From NCBI GenBank assembly GCA_004282875.1, contig SHLT01000003.1, positions 12,917 through 76,916 on the forward strand: 64,000 nt of DNA, written 5' to 3'. Made by a program: the position numbers and the translations under genes. Origin of the DNA: Chromatiales bacterium (lineage in GTDB: Bacteria; Pseudomonadota; Gammaproteobacteria; Steroidobacterales; Woeseiaceae). This document shows positions 49,969 through 59,610 of this stretch, in pieces (within the stretch, counting starts at the first letter, position 1; every line of letters starts with the position of its first letter). The notes below the pieces were generated by a model. It ran no database searches. It was not told the DNA's origin and saw only the letters and a list, made by a program, of their open reading frames with translations.

Positions 49969-50951
49969 AGTACACACACTTGCTTCTATTGACGGTACTG
50001 CTGGCGGCCTGTGGCGACAAGACGTCGCCACCTGTGGATACACGGTCCTACAATGTCGACGCCAGCCGCATCACCGTGTCGGGCGTCTCGTCGGGCGCGA
50101 TGATGGCGACACAGATGCATGTCGCGCACTCGGCCCTGGTCCAGGGTGCAGGGCTGGTCTCGGGTGGCCCGTACTACTGTGCCGAAGGCGGCATGACCAA
50201 GGGTCTCGGCCCCTGTATGAAGGGTGGCGAGGTCGGACTGCAAGGACTTATCGAATACACCTGGCATGCATCCGAAGCACGCGAGATCGACGACGTTTCG
50301 AACCTGGTCGGCGATCCCGTGTGGCTGTTCCTCGGCGCCAACGACGTGGTCATGCATCGCGACGTGACGAACGCCGCCGCTATGTTCTACCTGGAGATGA
50401 CGGGCGCGGCACCGATCGTCATCCTCGACGTACCGGCCACGCACGGTTTTCCGACCGTTGACACGGGCGGAGCCTGCGACGAGATGACGACACCGTTCCT
50501 GAACGCCTGCGGGTACGACGCGGCCGGCGAATTGTTGACCGCGCTTTACGGCGAGCTGCAGCCGGCGGGTGTTGCATCATCACCGCTCGTCGAGATCCCG
50601 CAACCCGGTGCGGACGACGTCACGATGCTGCCGAACGCGTTGGCCTACATCCCACAGGCATGCGCAAACGGCGCTTCCTGCGGTCTGCACGTGGCGTTCC
50701 ATGGCTGCCAGCAATCCACGGCGTTCGTGGGCGACGGGTTCGCAGCCGGTGCCGGCTACAACGAGTGGGCCGAGACGAACGACCTCATCGTCCTCTACCC
50801 GCAGGTGGACAGCAGCAAGATCGCACCGATGAACCCGATGGGCTGCTGGGACTGGTGGGGCTACACCGACGAAAACTATGCGACCAGGAGCGGCGCGCAG
50901 ATTAACGTCGTAAAGGCAATGCTCGACGCGCTGGCGGGTAAGACTCTTTGA
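49965..50951 (+). CDS. phaZ: Extracellular PHB depolymerase-family esterase (type-2-like catalytic domain), lipoprotein
   Basis: Lipobox LAAC; early lipase box SGVSSG, GANDVV, THGFPT, FHGCQQ, GYNEWAETN and GCWDWWGY. Confidence 0.82.
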   Translation: MKYTHLLLLTVLLAACGDKTSPPVDTRSYNVDASRITVSGVSSGAMMATQMHVAHSALVQGAGLVSGGPYYCAEGGMTKGLGPCMKGGEVGLQGLIEYTWHASEAREIDDVSNLVGDPVWLFLGANDVVMHRDVTNAAAMFYLEMTGAAPIVILDVPATHGFPTVDTGGACDEMTTPFLNACGYDAAGELLTALYGELQPAGVASSPLVEIPQPGADDVTMLPNALAYIPQACANGASCGLHVAFHGCQQSTAFVGDGFAAGAGYNEWAETNDLIVLYPQVDSSKIAPMNPMGCWDWWGYTDENYATRSGAQINVVKAMLDALAGKTL

Positions 50952-52432
50952 GTTTCGCCTGGGCGCTGTTCATCGTCTACCTGGCCGGGACCGCCTGGCT
51001 GGGTTTTCGCGGCATGCGCAAGACCTCGGGCTTCAGCAGCTTTGCCCTTGGCGATCGCGCGATGAACCCCGTGATTGTCGGCATCACGCTGGCGGCCAGC
51101 GTCTCCTCGGCCTCGACCTTCATCATTAACCCGGGCTTCGTCTACGTCGACGGCTTCGGCGCGTTCTTTCACATGTCGATCGGCGTCGCCATCGGCTTCC
51201 TGGCGATGCTGACGGTATTGTCGTTCCAGTTCCGCCGCATTGGTGCCGAGTCCAGCGCGCTGACGATTCCCGACTGGATCGGCAAGCGTTACGAATCGCC
51301 CGGGTTCGCATTATATTTCTCGGTACTCAACCTCCTGTCGTTTGCGTTCGTGGTGTTACTCGTTGGCGGCATCTCGATCGTCATGCAGTCGCTGCTCGGG
51401 ATATCCAATGTCGTTGCGCTGACGATCACGCTGGTTTTCGTCACGGGCTACGTGTTCATCGGCGGCACCTACGCGCACGTGCTGACGAACATGCTGCAGG
51501 GCAGCCTGATGGTGGGCGTCACGATCCTCGTGCTCGGGTCCTGCATTCTGCTTGCCATGCAACAGCCGGGCTCGATTGCCGATGCCTTGCGGCAGGTCGA
51601 TCCGAGCCTGGTGGCGGCCGTCAACACCGATGGCCAGCTGTTTAACAGCGTGTTCTCAATTTATGTCGCCGGCTTCATCGTCGGCGCGATTGTCGTGTGC
51701 CAGCCGCACATCCTGACCAAGGCGCTGTACGTTAAGGACGACCGCTCCGTGAAGCAGTACCTGCTCGTGTTCACGGTGATCTTCCTGCTGTTCCAGATGC
51801 TCGGCGCCGTCGGCTTCTTCACGCACCTGGCCGTGCCGCCCGAAGCGCTTGTCGACAGCGCAACTGGGCAGTTCCGGCAGGACCTGGTTATGACGCAGTA
51901 TCTCGCGATGATGTTCCCGCCCTGGGTATTCACGATCGTCGGCATCGTGCTGCTGGCTGCCGCCATGTCCACGCTCGATGGCCTGCTCGTGTCGATGTCG
52001 ACCATCACCGCCAACGATCTCGTGCTTAACCTCGCCGAGCGCAAGGAGCATCACTCGGAAGAGGAGCAAATGGCTTTCGCGTTGAAAGTCAGCCACGTCG
52101 TGCTGGTCGTCATTGCGATCGCGGCATTCCTGATCAACCTGCAGCCACCCAAGCTGCTTGGCATCTTCGGGCAGACCGGCGTCTACGGGCTGACGGCCGC
52201 TGCGGCACCGCCGCTGCTGCTGGGTGTGCTGTTCCGGCGCGTACCCATCGCGCTGGTCTGGAGTGGCTCGGCCGCGGCGCTCGTCATACACTTCGTACTC
52301 TTCTTTAAGGGTGCAGATATGTTTCCGACGTCGTCATTCACGTTCGCCAACCCGGGCGTAACGGTATCGCTCGCGACGCTCGCCGTGATGCCGGTGCTGC
52401 TGGTCGCGGGATTCCTGCTCAACAGGCGATGA
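50948..52432 (+). CDS. Sodium:solute symporter family protein
   Basis: About 13 TM helices; GYVFIGG, QPHIL and AAAMSTLDG. Confidence 0.88.
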   Translation: MSFAWALFIVYLAGTAWLGFRGMRKTSGFSSFALGDRAMNPVIVGITLAASVSSASTFIINPGFVYVDGFGAFFHMSIGVAIGFLAMLTVLSFQFRRIGAESSALTIPDWIGKRYESPGFALYFSVLNLLSFAFVVLLVGGISIVMQSLLGISNVVALTITLVFVTGYVFIGGTYAHVLTNMLQGSLMVGVTILVLGSCILLAMQQPGSIADALRQVDPSLVAAVNTDGQLFNSVFSIYVAGFIVGAIVVCQPHILTKALYVKDDRSVKQYLLVFTVIFLLFQMLGAVGFFTHLAVPPEALVDSATGQFRQDLVMTQYLAMMFPPWVFTIVGIVLLAAAMSTLDGLLVSMSTITANDLVLNLAERKEHHSEEEQMAFALKVSHVVLVVIAIAAFLINLQPPKLLGIFGQTGVYGLTAAAAPPLLLGVLFRRVPIALVWSGSAAALVIHFVLFFKGADMFPTSSFTFANPGVTVSLATLAVMPVLLVAGFLLNRR

Positions 52433-52950
52433 ACCGGTACGTCCTGCTGCTTCGCGGCATCAATGTCGGCGGGCATAACAAGCTGCCGATGAAAGACCTG
52501 CGCGAGATTCTCGAAGCGCTTGGCTGTGAGTCTGTGAAGACTTACATTCAGAGCGGTAACGTCGTGTTGTCTGCCAAGACCGCGCCGGACGAGTCGGCCA
52601 TTTCCGCCGACATCGAAAAGCAGTTCGGCTTCTCGCCGCGCGTACTCGCGATCCCAGGGGAGCACTTTGAAGCAGTAGCCGATGCGAATCCCTACAAGGA
52701 CGAAGACCTCGACGGTAAGTTTCTGCACGTCTTGTATCTTGCCGGCCCTGCCTCCGCCGACATGGACGGCCTCAATTCTCGTAAAGGCCCAGGTGAGGAG
52801 TTCACACTCACCGACGATGCGTTCTACTTGAAAGCGCCCGATGGCATTGGACGCTCGAAACTCGCGAACGATGTCGAGAAGCTACTGGGCGTGGAGGGCA
52901 CTGGCCGCAATCTGAATACAGTGCGCAAGCTTGTGGCAATGCTGGCTTAA
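52429..52950 (+). CDS. DUF1697 domain protein
   Basis: LLRGINVGG, TYIQSGNV and TGRNLNTV. Confidence 0.88.
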   Translation: MNRYVLLLRGINVGGHNKLPMKDLREILEALGCESVKTYIQSGNVVLSAKTAPDESAISADIEKQFGFSPRVLAIPGEHFEAVADANPYKDEDLDGKFLHVLYLAGPASADMDGLNSRKGPGEEFTLTDDAFYLKAPDGIGRSKLANDVEKLLGVEGTGRNLNTVRKLVAMLA

Positions 52951-53169
52951 AATTACACGCGGCCGCTCGCGCATAGCGGTGGATGAGTTGGTCCAATCGG
53001 CCGAAAAGCCCCTTAAAAGGTTATACTGACCCATATGCCGCATTAGAGTGGGTTTCCGACACGTGCAGCGAAAAGTCGACGACACATTGTTCCAGCCAAT
53101 GCCACGACCCGTGATACGATTTTTTGTGTCGCGGAGGGGCATCCGCTGGAGTATGGGATTAGTGCATCA

Positions 53170-54231
53170 ATGAGCGAGCACATGGATGTTAAACGCCTCA
53201 GCGGATTCTCACCGTTTGACGCGCTGAAGACAGATAACCTCAGAAGCCTGGTACCGCACGTCAAAGTCCGGCAAGCCAGCCCGGGCGAGGCCCTCTTCAA
53301 GAAAGGCGACTCGGACAAACGCTCCATCTACCTTCTCTCCGGAACCATTGAGCTGGTTGGTGACGACGCCGACCAGCGCACTGTCACGGGCGGGGCAGAC
53401 GAGGCCAGTCGTCCCATTGCCCCCGAGTTGCCGCGCCGGCAGACAGCCACTGCGGTGGACAACGTTGAATATTTCAGCATAGACAGTGAGGTGCTGGATG
53501 TGACGTTGACGCTTGACCAGACCGGGGTCTACGAAGTCGGCGACTTCAGTTCTGGACCGGATGCTGGCGATGCGGGCGAGGCTGACTGGATGACCGCCCT
53601 CTTACACACGAAAGTTTTCGAGCAGGTCGCGCCGCAGTGTCTCCAAATGATATTCATGCGGCTGCAGAGAGTTGACTTCAAAGCCAGGGACGTGGTGATT
53701 CAGCAAGGTGCCAAGGGTGACTTTTTCTATGTCATCAGAAGTGGCAGTTGCATGGTCGTGCGTGAGACGCCGGCAGGCAAGGAGAATATCAATCTTGCTG
53801 AGCTGCGAGTAGGCGACACGTTTGGCGAAGAGGCGTTGCTTTCCGGGGCCGAGCGCAACGCCACGGTCGTTATGCAAACCGACGGTATCCTGATGCGGCT
53901 GGGGAAAGATGACTTCCAGACGCTGTTGCAGGAGCCGATGCTCGTATACCTGGAGCATGACGAGGCCGAGAGCGCCGCCGCCGACGGCGCGAAGTGGCTC
54001 GACGTTCGCGTTCCGAGTGAAACCAAGGCGGGTGGCAAAGAGGGTGCTATCAACCTTCCTCTTTACCTGCTTCGGCACAAGCTGAATGTTCTGGATAAGG
54101 AAACGCCCTATATCGTATTTTGCGATACGGGCCTGCGCAGCTCAGCCGCGGCCTTCATATTGAATCAGCATGGTTATCAAACCGCGGTGCTAAGCGGGGG
54201 GCTAAACAAGAGTTCGATCGGCTCAACGTGA
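53170..54231 (+). CDS. Protein with two cNMP-binding domains and a C-terminal rhodanese domain
   Basis: LFKKGD, QQGAKGDFFYVI..FGEEALL...RNATV, LDVR and FCDTGLRS. Confidence 0.85.
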   Translation: MSEHMDVKRLSGFSPFDALKTDNLRSLVPHVKVRQASPGEALFKKGDSDKRSIYLLSGTIELVGDDADQRTVTGGADEASRPIAPELPRRQTATAVDNVEYFSIDSEVLDVTLTLDQTGVYEVGDFSSGPDAGDAGEADWMTALLHTKVFEQVAPQCLQMIFMRLQRVDFKARDVVIQQGAKGDFFYVIRSGSCMVVRETPAGKENINLAELRVGDTFGEEALLSGAERNATVVMQTDGILMRLGKDDFQTLLQEPMLVYLEHDEAESAAADGAKWLDVRVPSETKAGGKEGAINLPLYLLRHKLNVLDKETPYIVFCDTGLRSSAAAFILNQHGYQTAVLSGGLNKSSIGST

Positions 54232-54927
54232 TCTTCTTGCTGCGGAACTCCCACTCTGCGCCGACAGTTCCCGAAACAGGACCGACAGCATCGCCACGCC
54301 GATCGTGATGCTGATGATCGACAAGAGGGAACGAGCCAGGGAATAGAGCATCGGGTTCGAGATCAGCGAGGCGGGCAACTCCACCACCGACAACAGCACC
54401 GGGAATACAGCCACGACCGCAAAGGTCGTCAACCGATACTCCTCGGTGTCGACGGATGAATGCGCCAACTTGTACTTTCGATCCACGGCGACCGCCGGGA
54501 AGATCAGGAAGTACTGCGAGGCGAAATACAACACACCGACGACAACGACAAACCGGAATGCGATTGCGATGATGCCTTCGGACGGCATGCCGATCGACTC
54601 AAACGCTTCGATGACAAACCAGATCACCAGTCCGATGACTATCGAGAACAACCATAGCCAACCCGTAAAGCGGGTTTCCCGCCAGCCCCAACGAAGTTTA
54701 AAGGTGTCTTCGAGCAGTACGATGCGATGAATGGCTATCGCGAGCCAGACGTACGCGACGACGGACAAGAGCACGTAGAGTAGTTTGCCGAATGTGGAGC
54801 TTGTGCCCCACGGCCCCAGGGTCTCAACGGCGACGAGTAGAACTGCCGGCAACAGGATGGCAACAAACACCGCCCTGTGCCGCTTACCCAATGCTTCCAA
54901 TGCAAGTCCAAGTATCCGTAGCGTCAC
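54223..54927 (-). CDS. Hypothetical integral membrane protein (about 6 TM)
   Basis: Hydrophobic helices and AIAIHRIVL. Confidence 0.7.
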   Translation of the reverse strand: MTLRILGLALEALGKRHRAVFVAILLPAVLLVAVETLGPWGTSSTFGKLLYVLLSVVAYVWLAIAIHRIVLLEDTFKLRWGWRETRFTGWLWLFSIVIGLVIWFVIEAFESIGMPSEGIIAIAFRFVVVVGVLYFASQYFLIFPAVAVDRKYKLAHSSVDTEEYRLTTFAVVAVFPVLLSVVELPASLISNPMLYSLARSLLSIISITIGVAMLSVLFRELSAQSGSSAARRSR

Positions 54928-55005
54928 TTTTCTGCGACCTCCATCGCTGTATTAGCGGCGTGAGGTAGCAGTTTAACTCAGATTGAACGGCGTCATTCCG
55001 CACCG

Positions 55006-55674
55006 CTAATCGCAGTAAAAACCAGGCATCGTGTAGGGGTGAGGCCCGGGATTGGCCTTCACCGCCTCGAAATCAGAAATAATGCTGCGCCGCTGAATGA
55101 GGAAGACGCCACTGACCACGGGCTGTTGCTGCAGCTCGCGCAGCACCTTGTTCGGCCCGAAGATTCGCGCCGAGTACACGAGGAAAGGTTTGGTGGCGAG
55201 GTCGGCCAATGCCTGCGAATCATCGTCGGGTATGAGCCTGGCTCTCCGCGCGAAGCACCGCTGCTGGGACTTGACGACAAATTCCAGTCTCTCTTCAAAG
55301 GTGCCTTCTATGGCGAACAGGTCTGCCATTCCGCCGCCAATCGACATGACGACGCCCTGATCACCTTGCGGCGCCTTCATCTTCAGATCAATGACCTCAA
55401 ACCCGAAATCCTCCCGGAGTTCGTGCATTTCCCTGTAAGAGAGGCCCCTGTTAAAGAACACGGATGCCGGCCATACTTCATCCGGCGTGTCGGTTGCGAG
55501 ATCACGAAGTCTCTCCGCGTGCTCTTGGATGACCCTGTCTAGCTTGTCCGGATCGCCGTGCGCATACGGCGCGATGGCCTCGTCGGCCATTCTTGCGTCG
55601 CTCGCCGGTTCAGAGAAGCTCGCCAGAGGAAAGAGAACAACGAGAAATAGTGTGATCGCAGATACTTTGTTCAT
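55006..55674 (-). CDS. Exported hypothetical protein
   Basis: Signal peptide MNKVSAITLFLVVLFPLASFS. Confidence 0.65.
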   Translation of the reverse strand: MNKVSAITLFLVVLFPLASFSEPASDARMADEAIAPYAHGDPDKLDRVIQEHAERLRDLATDTPDEVWPASVFFNRGLSYREMHELREDFGFEVIDLKMKAPQGDQGVVMSIGGGMADLFAIEGTFEERLEFVVKSQQRCFARRARLIPDDDSQALADLATKPFLVYSARIFGPNKVLRELQQQPVVSGVFLIQRRSIISDFEAVKANPGPHPYTMPGFYCD

Positions 55675-55891
55675 CGCCAGGGATTCCCTTCAGCACAAGA
55701 TAGGTACTGCGAATTGAAGCATCGGATTGTGTCGCCCCGCTAGCAAGGGTGTGGCGAAAAATGATGTTACTCACGCGCAAGATTGCAGGGGCCCACGCAT
55801 TCGAAATGCCGGTGAGCACTGGTCGCGGGGGTATGATGTCTCGCAACCGATTGTAACGCGCATTCGAGCGCGTCCGTAACGGAGCACACGC

Positions 55892-57781
55892 ATGCCCGGA
55901 AAGCTATCGAACGCAAAGATATTGTCCGTGACGGTATTGATTCTGTCATGCGGCGGTGCCGTCTCAGCGGACAGCGACTCACTGAGAGCGTTCACGGTTA
56001 GTGATTCCGTTGAGATGTCCTATTTCGGGAATGTGTACGAGTCGAGTCCGGCGCATTCCTACGACGATCGGGTCGTCTCGCCCGATGGCAAGCACATAGT
56101 GGTGATGACACATCGCGGCGTTCTGCCGGCAGGCTACTCTGAGGGAACAATCTGGCTCTTCGATGTCGATGACGTGCTGGCGTCGGTAAACGACGAAGAG
56201 ACCGAGGTGCCGACACCCGCAGCAATAGTGCGTATGTCCGCCACCGTGAATGGCCAAACCGGTGATTTCGATGACCGGGGCAATATCCTGTTTCAGCCGA
56301 GATGGTCCGACGACGGTCAGAGTCTGTACTTCATTGGTCGCGACGATAGCGAAAATCGGCAGCTCTTTGAAGTCGATGTGCGAACAGGCGAGCTAAAGCG
56401 CATTTCGCTCCCGGACCAGAACGTGATGTCGTATTTACCGGGACGGCAGTCAGTCGTGTACCTGGCGTCGCCGGGCATCGATGAGCAGCGGGAGTGGCTA
56501 TCTGCAGGTGAGGGTATTCCCGACGTGATCGTGGGGACCGGCACACCGTTGAACGAGTTGCTGTTCCCCAACTTCCGGGGATACGCGAACGCGTCACCCC
56601 TGGTCCTGACGGCCTGGCAGGTCACGCCGTCGGGTCCGACGGTGATAAACCATCTCTCGACCGAGGAGCCGCTGCAAATCGAGTCGACCTATATCGATGT
56701 TGCGGGCATTGCAGCCGCCGGGGAGCCATATGACGCCGTGGTCCTAAAGCTAGCGGCGCACACAGACTGGGTCGCCGGCACGGGTTACGTAGCAGGCGAG
56801 CGCGGACGACTAGGCCTGACGGTTGGCGAGTCGCTGAACAGCCCGCCCGTACTCATCGCAACCGATACCGGCAGCGGCGAGAGCCGGGCGCTGTTCGACC
56901 CGAATCCGCAGCTGGCAAACATCGCGATGGCCGAGGTCCGTGAGTTCGAGTGGCAGGACAAGTATGGGCGCACGCATGTCGCCGGCCTGGTGCTACCAGC
57001 CGACCACGTGGCAGGGCAGCGCCACCCGCTGGTCATTCAAACGCACGGCTTCAACAAGCGCCGCTTCTTCAAAATGGGCTACTCGAGAACCGCCAATGCG
57101 GGACGGGCACTGGCCGGGCGGGGCCTTGCGGTGCTGCAGGTTCAGGAGCCCCGTCCGGAGCGTGACGGAGTCTACGATGCAGCAAGGTTGGGTTCGGACG
57201 TTTATCTCAGCGCCGTCGATCAACTGGCTAAGAATGGCCTTGTGGACCCCGACAAGGTCGGCATCAGTGGCTACAGTTTCTCAGGCTGGCTTGCGGCGGA
57301 TGCGATTACGCGAGAGCCGGATCGCTTCGCAGCGGCGGTAATCGCGAACACGGATCCGCTGTCCCTGACCGGGTACTTCTCGTACGTCGACAGCCCGCTG
57401 CACGGTCTGGTTGAACCGACGTACGTCGGCACGGCCCCGTTCGGGGAAGGGATCAATGAGTGGCTCAAGCGATCGCCCAACTTCAATACGGACAGAATCT
57501 CAGCGCCGGTGCTGGTCTCCGCACTGGATCCGTTTCACCTGATCAGCCTGTGGGATCTCTATGCGGCATTGCGGTACCAGGGCAAGCCGGTGGAGCTGCA
57601 GTTCATGCGGACCGGCAATCACAACGTCATCAAACCGCTGCAGGTCGTCGCACATCACGAGATGATGGTGGACTGGTTCGACTTCTGGCTTGCCGGGGAC
57701 GAGTCGAGCGGTCAGGGTAAAGCCGAGCAGTATTCGAGATGGCGAGCCATGCGAGCGCGCCGGGGTGGCGACGACCAATAG
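55892..57781 (+). CDS. Exported S9-family peptidase, AtxE2 lasso-isopeptidase-like
   Basis: Signal peptide; SPDG and WSDDG propeller blades; PLVIQTHG, GYSFSG and GNH...VDWFDFWL. Confidence 0.75.
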   Translation: MPGKLSNAKILSVTVLILSCGGAVSADSDSLRAFTVSDSVEMSYFGNVYESSPAHSYDDRVVSPDGKHIVVMTHRGVLPAGYSEGTIWLFDVDDVLASVNDEETEVPTPAAIVRMSATVNGQTGDFDDRGNILFQPRWSDDGQSLYFIGRDDSENRQLFEVDVRTGELKRISLPDQNVMSYLPGRQSVVYLASPGIDEQREWLSAGEGIPDVIVGTGTPLNELLFPNFRGYANASPLVLTAWQVTPSGPTVINHLSTEEPLQIESTYIDVAGIAAAGEPYDAVVLKLAAHTDWVAGTGYVAGERGRLGLTVGESLNSPPVLIATDTGSGESRALFDPNPQLANIAMAEVREFEWQDKYGRTHVAGLVLPADHVAGQRHPLVIQTHGFNKRRFFKMGYSRTANAGRALAGRGLAVLQVQEPRPERDGVYDAARLGSDVYLSAVDQLAKNGLVDPDKVGISGYSFSGWLAADAITREPDRFAAAVIANTDPLSLTGYFSYVDSPLHGLVEPTYVGTAPFGEGINEWLKRSPNFNTDRISAPVLVSALDPFHLISLWDLYAALRYQGKPVELQFMRTGNHNVIKPLQVVAHHEMMVDWFDFWLAGDESSGQGKAEQYSRWRAMRARRGGDDQ

Positions 57782-57809
57782 CCTGTGCGGCTCCTGGAAA
57801 TCCAGCCAC

Positions 57810-58640
57810 TTACTCCGACGAAAATAGCCAGCGCATGCCAGCTCGAAACGATGCAGGCGGCGCGGACATGTGGGTATGTCCCTCGAGCGTCACGGTCTTA
57901 AGCTGCCAGGGCAGGTCGTCCGTATTCGACCAGTGCTCGATCCACTTAAGTGCCGGAACGCGGAATTGCTCGTCGTCATGTGACGCGCTCGCGACGAACA
58001 GTCTGGACGATTGCACGTCGTCATTCGCCGCGCCATGCGCCTGCAGGAAAAACGGCAGGTTGCGATGCAGGGCAGGGTTACTGGCAATGTGGCCCCAGAA
58101 CAGGTTCGGTTCGGTCAGTGCCGTGTACAGAACAAACTGCCCGGCAAGTGACTGGCCGAAAATGACCCGTCGGTCGGGTTGTGAGCGAAAGTTCTTTTCA
58201 ACGAGCGGCATCAGTTCGTCACTGAGGAAGGTCTGGTAGTTGCCAGCACCTCCCCAGTAGTCGCGTTCCTCGGACGGCGCGGTGTAGTCAGTGCTGCGGT
58301 AGTTGCCGCCTGAGAAGGTATCGGCACCGTAGGAGATGCCGACGATAATCGCATCGGGGACTTCCTGCCCGAAATTCAGGTAGCCGTAGTACGACACCAG
58401 CAGCGGGTACAGATTCCCGCCGTCGAGAACGTAGATGGTGGGGTAGGCCTGGTCTGCATTGTCTTCGTAGCCGTCGGGCAGCATGACGTAGACATGAAAG
58501 TCCCGGCCGACTGTCTCGGACTCAACCTGCAGATAGTGAGAGCCGCCGAGCCCCTGCAGGAAACGCGTGTCGACTTCGGACGCTGACGCAGATGCCGCAA
58601 GGAAAATTACTGCTACCAGAATTGTGCCAGCTCTCATCAC
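57810..58640 (-). CDS. IroE/BesA-like alpha/beta esterase, exported
   Basis: YPTIYVLDG, IIVGISY, R..DYT, GQSLAG and HTH. Confidence 0.85.
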   Translation of the reverse strand: MMRAGTILVAVIFLAASASASEVDTRFLQGLGGSHYLQVESETVGRDFHVYVMLPDGYEDNADQAYPTIYVLDGGNLYPLLVSYYGYLNFGQEVPDAIIVGISYGADTFSGGNYRSTDYTAPSEERDYWGGAGNYQTFLSDELMPLVEKNFRSQPDRRVIFGQSLAGQFVLYTALTEPNLFWGHIASNPALHRNLPFFLQAHGAANDDVQSSRLFVASASHDDEQFRVPALKWIEHWSNTDDLPWQLKTVTLEGHTHMSAPPASFRAGMRWLFSSE

Positions 58641-59519
58641 CTAGTCCTTGCTGTTCAAGCCCCAGTCGTAGTCACGAAACTCGATCGCGTAGTCGGTGGC
58701 TTGTTGCAGGTCGTCGCGCAAGGGTTCCTGTGCCACCGTCCCGAGGTAGTCAAGCAGTCCGTGCTTCGCAGGCCGGCCAAGCGCGACCATGTGATTGACG
58801 AAGTCCTTCTTGTACCACTTGAAGATCGTAGACAGGAATACAGTGCGGCGCTTGTGGTCGACGAACACGTTGTCGCTGTCGTTCACGAATTCGACAGCGG
58901 CAGCCGCGAGTAGTTCTTGCAATTCTTCGCCTGTCGGCAAGTCTGGCCTCGCAACGGGACAGCTTTCGCTCGCGCAGTTGAGAACGAAGTGAATGCGCGG
59001 GTCCCGAAAACCCTTCCGAATCTTTTCGTTCTCGACCCTGAGCAGGCTCATGTGTTCGCCGCCGAACGGGAAGCGCAGTTGGAAGAAAAAGCCCATGCCT
59101 TTCACGACTTCGAGTGGCGCCTTGACGTCGGTGACGCTGGTGAGCGGCCAGTTCATCAGGACACCTTTGATCACCCAGGCGTTGTAGCCGTACATCCAGT
59201 AGGCGAGTTCATCATTCCGTGTGGGGAAGCGCTCGGGCGTGTTGTCGGGGCTGTAGGCGTTGACGGCTGCAAGGTAGCCGTCGAGTGCTGCAACGTGCTC
59301 GCGCGAGTCATGCCAGCGTTGGTAATCCACGCGACCGTCCGCCGAGACGTAGGTCTCCAGGAGCCCGGCGAAGGCGTCGTGCGAGAAGCCTTGCTCGGGG
59401 AAGGCGGCAGGCAGCGGCGCATCGATATTGACCCGGCGCGGGCGGTTGGCCCACAGGCAGGCGGCCACCACGACGGCGATGCCGAGCAAGGCCCAGAGAA
59501 TGAGTGCGGGTTTATCCAT
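58641..59519 (-). CDS. DUF547 domain protein
   Basis: GRVDY, LAYWMYGYN, DPRIHFVLNCASESCP, IFKWY..DF and YDWGLN. Confidence 0.9.
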   Translation of the reverse strand: MDKPALILWALLGIAVVVAACLWANRPRRVNIDAPLPAAFPEQGFSHDAFAGLLETYVSADGRVDYQRWHDSREHVAALDGYLAAVNAYSPDNTPERFPTRNDELAYWMYGYNAWVIKGVLMNWPLTSVTDVKAPLEVVKGMGFFFQLRFPFGGEHMSLLRVENEKIRKGFRDPRIHFVLNCASESCPVARPDLPTGEELQELLAAAAVEFVNDSDNVFVDHKRRTVFLSTIFKWYKKDFVNHMVALGRPAKHGLLDYLGTVAQEPLRDDLQQATDYAIEFRDYDWGLNSKD

Positions 59520-59610
59520 CCCTTTAGAGGACCATCCAATGTCTGTTTGTATTACGCAGCGGCGCCACGGTGATACGATCGTAATCCTTTTCGACCGACA
59601 AGAGCTTCCG

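Noticed and set aside
55761..55856. 31-aa ORF MMLLTRKIAGAHAFEMPVSTGRGGMMSRNRL as a lasso precursor
   Set aside because: No Asp/Glu at core positions 7-9 after the Thr, no maturation genes and no RBS
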